A stretch of 64,000 bases of DNA from Spirulina sp. CCY15215 (GCF_016888125.1 NZ_JACSWA010000582.1:37917-101916); one strand, 5' to 3'. Counted from the stretch's first letter, positions 20,501 through 29,847 are shown. The notes: generated from the sequence alone by a model not told the origin. Made by a program: numbers and translations.

Positions 20501-21327
20501 TGACTGAGCAAAATAGAGTAATCGCCGACATTTGCACCAACATCAAAAACCGTAACTCGTGGAACAATTAAGTTTTTAACAAGGCGTTGCTCTTTTTGTT
20601 CGTGACCGATCGATGATTGTAAATTGGTATAGTTTATTGTTTTATTTGAGTTCAATCTCTTCTTAAAAATTGCATAGCCATTCCGAATATTTTTGTTTTC
20701 TGCGATCGCCTCATATTTACTATCTTCTAATAAATTATAATAATTATTATAGTTTTTAAATGTATTAATATCATCTAAAAGAATAAAGTTTGCTCCGTAT
20801 ATATATTGAAATTCTACCTCTCCAGTAAATTCTGACCCGTCAATTAAAACGACATCGAAATTATCAATATTATTTTCCTGTTTTATTTGTTGAATTCCTT
20901 GTTCTGGAACCTTAGCAGAACGAACATACTCTAAATCTTGTTCTAACCAACCTAAAACAGTATCAAGAGGATATTGGTTGAGATTGGTTTGATTTTGGGT
21001 ATAAAATTTTATAATTTCTTCGCGATCGGGAAACTCTGCAATACTAATCGATGAGACATTATAACATTTAACAAAATCATCTTCTTGATAAGTTTTTTGT
21101 AGTTCTGTAAATCTAGTTTGAGAAATTTCTATACAAAACAAAGTAGGAGCATTTGCATTATTCCTTAATCCTTGAACAAAGGCTTCTGTACTTCCTTGAC
21201 CTGACGAAGAACCAATTTCTAAAACAGTTTTAATATTTTCATTCTCAGCAATTATTTGAATGAGTTCATAAAATTCATCATTTTTGATTTCAGGAGCAAT
21301 TAAGTTATCTAATTGGGATTCTACCAT
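17536..21327 (-). CDS. 1263-aa multidomain protein: class I SAM-MTase (CmcI/TylF-like) + FkbM-family methyltransferase + GT-A-like domain + GT4 (GT1-fold) glycosyltransferase + C-terminal conserved domain
   Basis: LEIGSSSGQGSTEAF...VVLIDGSE marks MTase 1. VFDVGANVGDYS...FEP...IDVEGAE marks FkbM. LILSDEE...EGFGLPILEALASGCPVITT marks the GT4 E-x7-E motif. The N-terminal coding DNA (about 20500-21327) is markedly AT-rich. Confidence 0.7.
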   Translation of the reverse strand: MVESQLDNLIAPEIKNDEFYELIQIIAENENIKTVLEIGSSSGQGSTEAFVQGLRNNANAPTLFCIEISQTRFTELQKTYQEDDFVKCYNVSSISIAEFPDREEIIKFYTQNQTNLNQYPLDTVLGWLEQDLEYVRSAKVPEQGIQQIKQENNIDNFDVVLIDGSEFTGEVEFQYIYGANFILLDDINTFKNYNNYYNLLEDSKYEAIAENKNIRNGYAIFKKRLNSNKTINYTNLQSSIGHEQKEQRLVKNLIVPRVTVFDVGANVGDYSILLSQLVGYFGRVYAFEPTKTSYEQLKKRIQDYDLQNIAAIQKAVYSTNTDIEFNEFPEEYSAWNSLGKPIMQDPSGKHSVVPIVNIEKVEAITLDKFCETENIEQIYFLKIDVEGAESDVLKGCQNLLSQKKIRYIQFEISQKMLEGFNREAKEVFKILIQNDYECHEITPEGEIGALVTNSTSFYENYLAFTSIPIHFFTIVLNGEPFIRYHIDIFKKLPFQWHWHIVEGVADLKHDTAWSVRLGGTIADELHDRGLSKDGTSAYLDELASKYPDNITIYRKPEGEFWDGKREMVNAPLENIREECLLWQIDVDELWTEEQIDTVRKLFITNPQKTAAFYWCWYFVSEKLVVSTRNCYSQNPQQDWLRTWRFQPGCQWVAHEPPILGKPLPNGQWQDIAKVNPFLHEETEKKGLIFQHFAYVLAEQLQFKEKYYGYHNALVQWQNLQAEQKFPVLLREYFAWVADDTMIDRSQSLGISPILQRHETESEWKFVKPPTTQSVAFKTLESPKILIDGVFFQYYNTGIARVWKSLFQEWVKSGFSQHLLVLDRGGSAPKIPGIRYRTIPLHNYNNLDKDRALLQDICDREGIDVFISTYYSIPLSTPSALLLYDMIPEVLGANLQEPMWQEKQEAIQYASTYLAISENTARDCQKIYTDIESITVASCGVSDLFFPAPEEDILRFKFKYGISKPYFLLVAPGTGYKNSQLFFQAFSQLCTKQGFELVCTGNQGLLEESLRNFVPGIVVHTLILSDEELRLAYCGAVALVYPSLYEGFGLPILEALASGCPVITTPNASIPEVAGEAAIYANAGNIDEMMNALCEVQKPNVRSSLITLGLQQAEKFTWPTMAQTVSLELIETTLLPLNLQEINWIVFPDWTRSEEVLGDIFSELLKKIATHRDREKMTLLLYMEEGIEDDVNLLLSGVVMNLLMMEDLDVSEGITISYIQPMAQVQWEALFPRLQQRILLPVENGEAIAEIKADRLTACSLAEL

Positions 21328-21385
21328 TTTTCAAATAAAGATCATTGCTTGTTTTAACTATTTTTTAATCTATCAGATCGAGAAC

Positions 21386-21868
21386 CTATTCATTAGGTTT
21401 GTTTTTCTGATTTTGTGTAACTTGCTGTTTTAACTTTTCCAATTGTTCCTTTAATTCTTCATTTTCTGGAGTTAATTCTGATAACTTTTCCATTGGTGCG
21501 ATCGCGCCTTTATAGTCTTGTAATTGGATATGAACCGCAGCCAGTGCTTGCCAAATCTCTGGGTTATCGGGAGATTTTTTTGCTAAAGTTTCGAGAGGTT
21601 CTATTACTTCTTGCCATTTTTGCAGAGCAAGGCGAGTTTGGATCAATCCTTGTAAGGCAAGAACATTATCGGGTTCTCGGTCTAATACCGCAACATATCC
21701 GCTTTCTCGAGCCAATAACTCGCGATCGCCTTCTTCTTGTCCAGACTGCTCGGAATTTGGGGTCGTGGTATTATTATTACTCAATACACTGGCTGCCATA
21801 AATCCCATCGAACTGAGAAAAGCAAGACCAGAAACAAAAATCAAAACGCGCTTAATTGGATTAGCCAT
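21386..21868 (-). CDS. TPR-repeat protein with N-terminal signal/anchor
   Basis: Hydrophobic N-terminus followed by TPR-like helices (ALQGLIQTRLALQKWQEV..., IWQALAAVHIQLQDYKGAI). Confidence 0.5.
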   Translation of the reverse strand: MANPIKRVLIFVSGLAFLSSMGFMAASVLSNNNTTTPNSEQSGQEEGDRELLARESGYVAVLDREPDNVLALQGLIQTRLALQKWQEVIEPLETLAKKSPDNPEIWQALAAVHIQLQDYKGAIAPMEKLSELTPENEELKEQLEKLKQQVTQNQKNKPNE

Positions 21869-21963
21869 GATTGGATGAGAAACTTTCCTCGATATCGCTA
21901 TACTGATGATAACTCTACACTTTAAGCTACCCCAGTTCTTATCTTAAACGATCGCCTTGTCTT

Positions 21964-22770
21964 ATGTCTCGTTCTAATCTACTTTCGATTGCTCGTTCCT
22001 CTCTCCTGTGGAATTCTCTGGCGATCGCCTTATCTCTATTTGCAGTCATTACTTTACAACGTCCTCAACTCGAGGCGATCGCCAACCGAGAGAATAACTT
22101 GACCCCAGAAAAATTGCAGCAAGAAGAAGAATTAGAACGAATTCGCCTACAGCTTTTGCAGCGAATGCCCGCATTTGGGTTTGATAATCTCCTTGCTAAT
22201 TGGGAAATGTTAAAATTTTTGCAGTATTTTGGTGATGAATCTGCTCGTAATATTACCGGATATTCTCTGGTTCCCGATTATTTTCGCATTATTCTCGATC
22301 GCGATCCTCGTTTTCTCACAGCTTATACATTTCTAGGAACTAGTGGCTCAATTTATGCCGCTAAACCTAAAGAAACCGATGAAATTATGGCGCGAGGAAT
22401 TGAACAATTAACCCCTCAAGTCCCTAAATATTCTTATTATGCCGTGCGGAATAAAGGCATCAATGAAATTTTATTTCTGGGGGATATTGAAACTGCACAA
22501 AAGACTTTTACAAAAGCCGCAGATTGGGCTTCCACCTATGACGATCCTAAAAGTCAAGCGATCGCAGAAAATTCTCGCAATACTGCTAACTTTTTGGCCA
22601 GTCGTCCTAGTATTGAAAAAACTAGAGTTGCAGCATGGGGGATGGTTCTCGAACAGACCCAAGATGAACGAACCCAAAAAATTGCGATCGCCAATATCTA
22701 TCAGTTAGGTGGAAAAATTATTCAAAATGAAGAAGGTAAACTTCAAGTTGTATTACCCTCCGATCCCTAA
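21964..22770 (+). CDS. hypothetical protein with N-terminal TM segment
   Basis: 268-aa ORF with good coding continuity. No family recognised. Confidence 0.4.
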   Translation: MSRSNLLSIARSSLLWNSLAIALSLFAVITLQRPQLEAIANRENNLTPEKLQQEEELERIRLQLLQRMPAFGFDNLLANWEMLKFLQYFGDESARNITGYSLVPDYFRIILDRDPRFLTAYTFLGTSGSIYAAKPKETDEIMARGIEQLTPQVPKYSYYAVRNKGINEILFLGDIETAQKTFTKAADWASTYDDPKSQAIAENSRNTANFLASRPSIEKTRVAAWGMVLEQTQDERTQKIAIANIYQLGGKIIQNEEGKLQVVLPSDP

Positions 22771-23190
22771 TAATTGATGGACTAAAATGCCTGTTCCAAA
22801 ACCAGCCAAACTCACACTCGCAAATAAAGTAAAAGATTGCCATTCTTCCAAGTTTGCTTCTTGGAGTTCCAATCTCACCAAAGAAGCCGCCGCAAATAGG
22901 GCAATAAATTGAACAAAACGGTGAATCCACGTAATTAAGACAACTGCTGCAAATGCGATAAGAATGACCAAAATAAATGCTCGAGAATCCGAACGGAGAG
23001 GACTGGTTAATATCTTGCGAACTATACTACTAGGAGCCGTAAATACTAATGCCGTGAGGAGCAGTAAAAAGCCGATTAGCAACCAGATTAACTCGCGAGT
23101 TGTAGAATCTGCCACCGACCAACCCAAAACAAGGTGCAGAATAAATAAAATGCTGAGGGAAAGAGGTAAAAACCGGATGGGGGATTGCAC
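22753..23190 (-). CDS. hypothetical integral membrane protein
   Basis: 145 aa with about 4 predicted TM helices. Its 3' end overlaps the convergent upstream gene by 18 nt. Confidence 0.35.
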   Translation of the reverse strand: MQSPIRFLPLSLSILFILHLVLGWSVADSTTRELIWLLIGFLLLLTALVFTAPSSIVRKILTSPLRSDSRAFILVILIAFAAVVLITWIHRFVQFIALFAAASLVRLELQEANLEEWQSFTLFASVSLAGFGTGILVHQLLGIGG

Positions 23191-23287
23191 GAATTCTCGA
23201 GGAAAAATGAAAAACAGAGCGATCGCCTTTCAGAGATCGATGTACTATATACTATCGATCGCGGATTGGCGATCGCGCTTGCCCAAC

Positions 23288-23773
23288 TCAGGACATGAAC
23301 TGAATAATATAGTCAAAATAGGGTTCGGCTGCTTTGGCATCCTCAGTATCAAGAAGTCCGAGAGAGGCTTCTTTTAAGCATATAATCGCTTCAACCATTC
23401 CCGCAACAGGAACGTTAAGGGCGTTATACATCTCTTTCACCCCAATTAAACCAATCTGCTCGATCGGGCTTTTGTCCCCCGCTAAGATACCGTAGGTGAC
23501 TAAGCGCAGATACCAGCCATAGTCCCGCAAACAAAGCGCTCGCTGTTTCTGTCCAAAGGCATTTCCCCCAGGAGAAATAAAGTCGGGGCGTTTTTTCCAA
23601 AGTTCCTTACTGGCTTTCTCAACGATTTTTTTCTCGCTTTCTGTAAGGGTTTCAACGATCCGCATTCGTTGTTCTCCCGTTTGCAGGAAGTTATTGATGC
23701 TGGTTAACTCGCCACTACTGAGGTAGCGGAGTTCGTCATCGGCTTTTAAGATAACGTCACTAACGATGCTCAT
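23288..23773 (-). CDS. apcD: allophycocyanin alpha-B subunit (AP-B)
   Basis: [23 protein letters not shown]...[21 protein letters not shown]...[11 protein letters not shown] is close to ApcD sequences as recalled from memory, including the chromophore Cys region. The ORF begins two codons upstream at 23779. Confidence 0.8.
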   Translation of the reverse strand: MSIVSDVILKADDELRYLSSGELTSINNFLQTGEQRMRIVETLTESEKKIVEKASKELWKKRPDFISPGGNAFGQKQRALCLRDYGWYLRLVTYGILAGDKSPIEQIGLIGVKEMYNALNVPVAGMVEAIICLKEASLGLLDTEDAKAAEPYFDYIIQFMS

Positions 23774-23918
23774 TATCACAATAAAATAAATATCAATTGT
23801 CAGTTTAGCGATTCAGAGGGTCAGAAAGAAAGCGTTTGAGTCTGAAATCTACTGTTAGGGGCGCTTGACTTCGTAATTTTTAATCATTTTCCCCTCAATT
23901 GATACAAATCTTTAAATT

Positions 23919-25301
23919 GTGCAGATGAAAAACCAAGCAGAAAATTGGCAACAGGGCAACATTATTGAATTCGAGATTGTGGATGTGAGCGATCGCGGTG
24001 ATGGAGTGGGACGATGGGACGATCGCGCTGTTTTTGTTCCTGATACGGTGACGGGCGATCGCGTTAGGGTCCGTTTGCTGCGGGTTAAGCCTCAATATGC
24101 TTATGGCAAGCTCCTTGAACTCCTCCACCCTTCTCCCCATCGCCTGCGCCCGCGCTGTATTGTGGCGGATAAATGTGGGGGCTGTCAGTGGCAACACATT
24201 CAAGATGCGTATCAACAGGAAATCAAGCGCAATTTGTTGCTACAAGCGCTGCAACGGATTGGCGAATTTGTCGATCCTCCCGTTGCTCCATTGCTCTCGG
24301 GGTTGGATTTTTTAACATATCGTAATAAAGCGACTTATCCTTTAGGAACTTCTCAAGTCGGGAGCGTACAAGCGGGATATTACCGCAAAGGCAGTCATCA
24401 CATTGTCAACCTCAATCAATGCCCGATCCAAGATGCCCGTTTAAATCCTTTTCTCGCGGAAATCAAGCTGGATATTGAGGTACAAGGTTGGAGTATCTAC
24501 AACGAAAAACGCAAACAGGGACAATTGCGCCATCTTTCTTTACGCATTGGACGGCATACGGGAGAAATTTTATTAACTTTAGTTACGACGGATTTACAAT
24601 TGCGCGATCGCGAGGATATCGCTCGAGGATGGATGCAAATGTATCCTAATTTAGTGGGAGTCTGTCTCAATTACAATCCCCATCCCACCAATGCGATTTT
24701 AGGCGATCGCACGGAATGTTTGGCAGGGCGGCCTTATCTCCGAGAAATCTTTGCTGGACTGGAGTTGCATTTGCGCCCAGAAACCTTTTTTCAGGTCAAT
24801 ACAGAGGCCGCAGAAGCAATATTAGAAGTCATCCTACAACGACTCGATTTAAACGGCTCGGAAACCCTCCTCGATGCCTATTGCGGGATCGGCACCTTTA
24901 GCTTGCCTTTTGCTCAACGAGTGCGAGAGGTGGTAGGGGTTGAAGTGCAAGCTGCATCCGTGGAACAAGCGCGGGAAAATGCGTCCCTCAATGCGATCGC
25001 CAATGTTCGTTTTGAGGTTGCTGCGGTGGAAGACTGGCTGCCCCTTCAGTCAGAGATTCCTGACATTGTGTTCCTCGATCCCCCTCGTAAGGGCTGCGAT
25101 CGCGCCGTCCTCGAAGCCCTTGTGCGCCTTCAGCCCTCCCGCATTGTTTATCTCAGTTGTAAACCCGCAACCCTCGCCCGAGATTTAAAAATTCTTTGTC
25201 AGTCGGGACGATATCGCTTGAATCATCTCCAACCTGCCGATTTTTTCCCTCAGACGGCTCATGTTGAATCTGTCGCTTTTCTCGAATCTATTCACCCTTA
25301 A
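23919..25301 (+). CDS. 23S rRNA (uracil-5-)-methyltransferase RlmD/RumA family
   Basis: N-terminal TRAM-like domain, Fe-S cysteine cluster (CGGCQWQH ... C), SAM motif DAYCGIGTFSLPFA and FLDPPRKG. Confidence 0.75.
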   Translation: MQMKNQAENWQQGNIIEFEIVDVSDRGDGVGRWDDRAVFVPDTVTGDRVRVRLLRVKPQYAYGKLLELLHPSPHRLRPRCIVADKCGGCQWQHIQDAYQQEIKRNLLLQALQRIGEFVDPPVAPLLSGLDFLTYRNKATYPLGTSQVGSVQAGYYRKGSHHIVNLNQCPIQDARLNPFLAEIKLDIEVQGWSIYNEKRKQGQLRHLSLRIGRHTGEILLTLVTTDLQLRDREDIARGWMQMYPNLVGVCLNYNPHPTNAILGDRTECLAGRPYLREIFAGLELHLRPETFFQVNTEAAEAILEVILQRLDLNGSETLLDAYCGIGTFSLPFAQRVREVVGVEVQAASVEQARENASLNAIANVRFEVAAVEDWLPLQSEIPDIVFLDPPRKGCDRAVLEALVRLQPSRIVYLSCKPATLARDLKILCQSGRYRLNHLQPADFFPQTAHVESVAFLESIHP

Positions 25302-25645
25302 GCAACTCGATATCAGCAGGCAACATATCATATTAAAAGCATTTTGTCAATTCGTACAAACAAGCATCTTACAAGTTGTTTTGCTATAATTAGGCAAGAA
25401 TCAAATTATCTGAGATAATAAACAAGTCTTGGGAAACGAGCTAATTCTTGCAATTTCCTAATGATTCCTAATTCAAAGTTAGAAGCCAATAATTTCAATA
25501 ATTTACTTGTGAATTTACTACTGATGACATAATTACAAGCCTTTGCCATATTTTCCCAACATTTCAATAGAAGAGATTTATTGTAAATATTTTGGGGAAT
25601 AGGGTGCATTTTTTTCCCTTAAAGATGAGCTAGAGGTAAATTTTC

Positions 25646-26089
25646 GTGATTTCTATTTCACTGCCTGTTAAGAAAGAAAGCTGGGCGACGATGAGCTTCG
25701 CTTCTACCCTTTATTTATGTCCAGTCCTGGATATTTTGTTAGCAAAAATTCCGGACCAGTGGCGGCCAGAAATTCGCTTAGGACTGCAAGAAGCGCTTGT
25801 GAATGCGGCCAAACATGGAAACAATCTCGATCCCAGTAAACAAGTTTCCGTACAGTTTTCCGTAACAGATAATCTCTATACTTGGATTATTACCGATCAA
25901 GGAATAGGATTTAAACCCAATTATTCCTGTTCCAATGCGCCTGAAGATTTATTACCTCCAGAAGAATCGGAAAGAGGTCGAGGTTTATGTTTACTGCACC
26001 AGATTTTTGATCGAGTTCATTGGAATCAGCAAGGGACTCAATTGAGGTTATCTAAAAGAGTCAAACGCGAACAAACTATCTGGCGTTGA
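25646..26089 (+). CDS. anti-sigma regulatory factor-like ATP-binding protein (RsbW/SpoIIAB-type HATPase)
   Basis: N-box ALVNAAKHGN and G-box DQGIGF...ERGRGL of GHKL ATPases, in a small single-domain protein. Confidence 0.55.
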   Translation: MISISLPVKKESWATMSFASTLYLCPVLDILLAKIPDQWRPEIRLGLQEALVNAAKHGNNLDPSKQVSVQFSVTDNLYTWIITDQGIGFKPNYSCSNAPEDLLPPEESERGRGLCLLHQIFDRVHWNQQGTQLRLSKRVKREQTIWR

Positions 26090-26114
26090 CTCTTTTTTAA
26101 TGATTATATTTTGC

Positions 26115-26390
26115 TTATTTTCCGTGAGTTGGACAAGGTGGGGCAGAAATTGAGCGATCTAACCAAGCAGTTGCCTGTTTGAGATTGACGATCGCATCTT
26201 CTTTGCGATCGCTAAGGAGAAAAACCATTGCCGCAGCCGCATTTTGACCCGCTTGTGCCTTACGATTGGCTTTGAGGCGATGCCAGTCGTTAGGGGCAAT
26301 AGCGAGGCGATCGGCAAGGGCTTGGGCGAGTTCTAAGGTAGAAAAGTCTTGGAGAAGTTCTGCTTTGTTGGTTGTGATGACTTCTGGCAT
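26115..26390 (-). CDS. hypothetical protein
   Basis: The likely start is the internal Met MPEVITTNK. No family recognised. Confidence 0.3.
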   Translation of the reverse strand: MPEVITTNKAELLQDFSTLELAQALADRLAIAPNDWHRLKANRKAQAGQNAAAAMVFLLSDRKEDAIVNLKQATAWLDRSISAPPCPTHGK

Positions 26391-26441
26391 GAGATTTTTG
26401 GTAATGATAAAGATAAAATAGTCCTTTCTACCTAGTTTAAG

Positions 26442-26804
26442 ATGTCTGCTGAGGAAGAACGCCAATTTGAGCAAGAATTTGAAAATGCCCTCATTGAGGC
26501 TGAAGAAACTTTAGCCAAGTTGCGACAGCGTTATAGTCAAGTTAAAGGCGATCGCCAAGAATTAGCTAGACTCCAGCAAAGAATGCGAGAACTCAACCGA
26601 GGAAAGCGCAAGCCCCGCAAACGCCATCCTCTATACCCAGAACTTGCCGAAATAGCAACTCAAATTGAATTACTCGAACTGAATTTAGAAAGTCATCTTT
26701 TTCGTTGGGGACAATTGAAAGAACCGTTTTGGATGGCAGTTCGCTTTGGAGGTTTGGGGGTTTTACTGGGTTTGTTTTTGCGATCGGTAATTAATTCTCA
26801 GTAA
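26442..26804 (+). CDS. hypothetical protein with coiled-coil N-terminus and C-terminal TM helix
   Basis: 120 aa. Coiled-coil N-terminal half and C-terminal FGGLGVLLGLFL. Confidence 0.4.
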   Translation: MSAEEERQFEQEFENALIEAEETLAKLRQRYSQVKGDRQELARLQQRMRELNRGKRKPRKRHPLYPELAEIATQIELLELNLESHLFRWGQLKEPFWMAVRFGGLGVLLGLFLRSVINSQ

Positions 26805-26917
26805 AACAGTGCTTGTTGATTTTTAGAAAAGTTGGTTGCGAAGCCATTGTTTTAATTCATCACATTGATTGATTTATATGGATTAAATTATACGCGATCG
26901 AGCGATCGCATTTTCTT

Positions 26918-27562
26918 TTACCCATTCCCGTGTAATAATTCGGGTTTAACTCGTTCTAAGAAAGAAATCACCATAACCATAAAAGCCCCTTCGATCGCCG
27001 CTAAAAAGAGATGAGAGATCAGGAAAGCTAAAATTGCAGCTTGTTCGACGGGACTATCGAGATCGGCAGGAATATTAAAAGCAACGATCGCCGAAAATAA
27101 TAAAGCCGCTAATGCTGTCCCGCTAAACCCAGTTATAAAGGCGAGAATTTTTCTTCCCACAGGATTTTCTCCGGTTAGCGGTTTACCTAAAGTAAAGAAA
27201 TGATGCGATGCGATCGCAGGTAGTCCAAAAATAAGAGAATTTATTCCTAAAGTCGATAAGCCTCCATGTTGAAACATAATTGCTTGAAAAAAGAGGCCAA
27301 TAAGAATAGCAGGAAATGAATAATATCCTAAAATAGCGCCCATTAAACCGCAGAGAACTAAATGAACGCTGGTGGGAGGAATAGGAATATGAATCAAAGA
27401 AGCCACAAAAAAAGCTGCTGTAAGTAACGAGGCTTTTGGTATATTTTCAGTAGAATTTTTATCGCGCTGAATTTGACGTAGAGAATACCAAGTTAATCCT
27501 CCCATTAATCCATAGCCACTTAAACAAACAATATTCGGTAATAAACCATCAGGTACGTGCAT
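26918..27562 (-). CDS. cbiM: cobalt/nickel ECF-type transporter substrate-capture subunit CbiM/NikM
   Basis: The N-terminus MHVPDGLL with conserved His2 is the hallmark of CbiM/NikM. About 6 TM helices. The start is taken at the internal Met; the ORF runs to 27664. Confidence 0.75.
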   Translation of the reverse strand: MHVPDGLLPNIVCLSGYGLMGGLTWYSLRQIQRDKNSTENIPKASLLTAAFFVASLIHIPIPPTSVHLVLCGLMGAILGYYSFPAILIGLFFQAIMFQHGGLSTLGINSLIFGLPAIASHHFFTLGKPLTGENPVGRKILAFITGFSGTALAALLFSAIVAFNIPADLDSPVEQAAILAFLISHLFLAAIEGAFMVMVISFLERVKPELLHGNG

Positions 27563-28022
27563 TAGTTTTCGTCCTTTTTTTACCAGAAAAATAAAGAGCA
27601 GTGCCAATAAATCCCCAAACTCCCATAATAGCCATGACTGCTTTTTGTAGGGGACTATAAACACCTTGAGATGACCATTGTTGCGGTGTGTTAACTAATT
27701 CTGTCCGATCGCTAATGGGAATTGTTGTAATTTTGCCATGACCGGACTGGCGAACTTTAATATCCCAATTTCCCACAAGAGAGCGATCGGGAACGAATAA
27801 AAAGTAACCATTTTCATCAGTATTTCCGGTTAACCAAGGGGTTTCAGAATCCTGCGGCGAATAGACAGTGACGCGAGCATTTTTCAGGGGTTCACCACTA
27901 TCATAATTCGCTTGAATTTGCATGGCTTCAACAGGACGATATTTTAGATCAGTGCCGTGAGAAAATGCAGGCAGAGCCGATCCCGATACAGCTATTGTTA
28001 ATAAAAAAAGCCAATATTTCAT
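27549..28022 (-). CDS. periplasmic beta-sandwich protein with C-terminal TM anchor (DUF4198 / nickel-uptake associated-like)
   Basis: Signal peptide, a carboxypeptidase-regulatory-like beta-rich body (VTVYSPQD...GYFLFVP...GNWDIKV) and a C-terminal TM helix. It overlaps cbiM by 14 nt, consistent with translational coupling. Confidence 0.45.
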   Translation of the reverse strand: MKYWLFLLTIAVSGSALPAFSHGTDLKYRPVEAMQIQANYDSGEPLKNARVTVYSPQDSETPWLTGNTDENGYFLFVPDRSLVGNWDIKVRQSGHGKITTIPISDRTELVNTPQQWSSQGVYSPLQKAVMAIMGVWGFIGTALYFSGKKRTKTNART

Positions 28023-28054
28023 AAATTTTCAGAAATGCTAATTTTTAGGTTTGA

Positions 28055-28984
28055 TTAGTCATTATTCATCTTTTTACAATGTCCTTCACCAACATGGCCT
28101 AATCCCGCGATCGCCTTTTCTAAAGTTTGGTAAGTTGCCGGATCGAGGTTTTCTTTTAGTGTAGCGAGATCGACGGTAATTTTGCCATCTTTAGCGAAAG
28201 GAATAAAAGGATCGAAACCAATCGAGTCTGTGTTAATTGCATCATCGGTAGGGGCTTCTGCATCGCCAAAAATATGATCGAAATGGAATGTTGTTTCCAT
28301 TTCTGCGGTTGCTGAATCCTTAACAATTCCTTTACGTTCATCGCCGACAAATTCACCACAAGAATAATTTAATTCTTTATCAAAAGCGATCGCAAATTCA
28401 AGGATTTTTCCCTCTTTTTCCGCTTTTCCTTTCAGCAAAATTGCTTGATCTTCACTCTCTCCATTGTCAGATTGAACAACTTTCCAAGCAAGGGCATTAT
28501 ACATTCCAGTAGGGGCTTTAACTTCGGTAATGACAAGGGGATCTGCGTTTATATCACCTTCTGCAAGATCGATAATTTTGTCACCTTCTAAAAGAAAAAC
28601 TTTGGTTTTGCTGGCGATCGCCTTATCTGAGTCAGGATTGTAAGGAGGATCGGTTTGATAAGCGATTACATCAGCTAAGGTGACAAAAACATTATCAAAG
28701 GTGATTTGCCAGCCATCTTTTGTTATGAAACCCTGACGCACAAAATCTTCGCCATTAGCGACAAGTTTTAATATTCCTGTCTCATCTGTCGCCGCAGTTT
28801 CTACAGTTGTTTCTGAGGTATTTGCTGGTTGAGAAGACTCGGGACTTGCACACCCAGAAAGGGCGATCGGAGTTATGAAAACTAAACTAACTAACGAAAT
28901 AAAAGATTTTTTAGCAAACATTCCAGAATATCCAATGGGTAATGGGTTCTTTATTATTGTTCTGGTTTTGCTCATACAATGCAA
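28055..28984 (-). CDS. putative metal-binding lipoprotein
   Basis: Lipobox LSGC and a Thr/Glu-rich linker. The C-terminus ...GLGHVGEGHCKKMNND carries a His/Cys cluster. It sits first in the operon with the DUF4198-like gene and cbiM. Confidence 0.45.
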   Translation of the reverse strand: MHCMSKTRTIIKNPLPIGYSGMFAKKSFISLVSLVFITPIALSGCASPESSQPANTSETTVETAATDETGILKLVANGEDFVRQGFITKDGWQITFDNVFVTLADVIAYQTDPPYNPDSDKAIASKTKVFLLEGDKIIDLAEGDINADPLVITEVKAPTGMYNALAWKVVQSDNGESEDQAILLKGKAEKEGKILEFAIAFDKELNYSCGEFVGDERKGIVKDSATAEMETTFHFDHIFGDAEAPTDDAINTDSIGFDPFIPFAKDGKITVDLATLKENLDPATYQTLEKAIAGLGHVGEGHCKKMNND

Positions 28985-29052
28985 TCCCCCTAGAGGGTAT
29001 TTAGGGAGAAATTTACAGATTAATTTTAAGTTTAGGAATGAGAAAGGGTAAA

Positions 29053-29844
29053 TTAACTCACCGATGTAGCAATTTCATTCAATGCTTGTTGATATTCTGC
29101 ATCAGACATGGGAAAATAATGCCATTTAATTTGATTTTCCATATAAGATACACCTTTACCAAAAATTGTTTTGGCAATGATAACGTGAGGTTTTCCTGAA
29201 GTTGTTTCTAAATTGTTTATTGTTTGAACAATTTCGGCGCGATCGTGTCCATTTATTTCTTTTACATTCCATCCCATTGCTTGCCAGCGATCGCGCATTG
29301 GGGAAAGATTTAAAACGTCTTGGGTATAACCAATTGCTTGCTGTCCATTGAGGTCTATAATAGCAATTAAATTAGATAGTTTATGATGTGCGGCGAACAT
29401 TATTGCCTCCCAAAGCGACCCTTCATTGCACTCTGCATCGCTGATCAAAACAAAGATACGTCGGGAAGAATTGTCTAATTTTGCAGCTAATGCGGCACCA
29501 ACTCCTAAAGATAAGCCCTGTCCTAAAGAACCGGTAGAGAAGTCAATTCCTGTTAATTCATGTTCGGGATGAACTCCTAATAAACTCCCGTTAGCACAAT
29601 AAGTATTCAATTGTTCTTCGCTTATCCATCCTTTTAAAAATAATGCTGCATAAATGGCAAGAACTGCATGACCTTTGGAGAGAATAAAGCGATCGCGATC
29701 GCCATCATCGGGAGAGGGAATATTGAGAATATTTCCGTATAATACAGCAACAAGATCGGCAATAGATAAGGCAGACCCAATATGACCTACATGGGCGCGT
29801 TTTGATTGTTCGAGAATGATTTTTGCGATCGCATTTCCGTTCAT
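29053..29844 (-). CDS. transketolase, N-terminal (TPP-binding) subunit of split transketolase
   Basis: GH.GSALS, GDG (DAECNEGSLWEA) and the TPP-binding pattern in a 263-aa protein typical of TktA-N split enzymes. Confidence 0.8.
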   Translation of the reverse strand: MNGNAIAKIILEQSKRAHVGHIGSALSIADLVAVLYGNILNIPSPDDGDRDRFILSKGHAVLAIYAALFLKGWISEEQLNTYCANGSLLGVHPEHELTGIDFSTGSLGQGLSLGVGAALAAKLDNSSRRIFVLISDAECNEGSLWEAIMFAAHHKLSNLIAIIDLNGQQAIGYTQDVLNLSPMRDRWQAMGWNVKEINGHDRAEIVQTINNLETTSGKPHVIIAKTIFGKGVSYMENQIKWHYFPMSDAEYQQALNEIATSVS

Positions 29845-29847
29845 CGT

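Noticed and set aside
25406-25609. 67-aa ORF in the AT-rich spacer between rlmD-like and anti-sigma-like genes
   Set aside because: AT-rich region where random ORFs are expected. No recognisable features.
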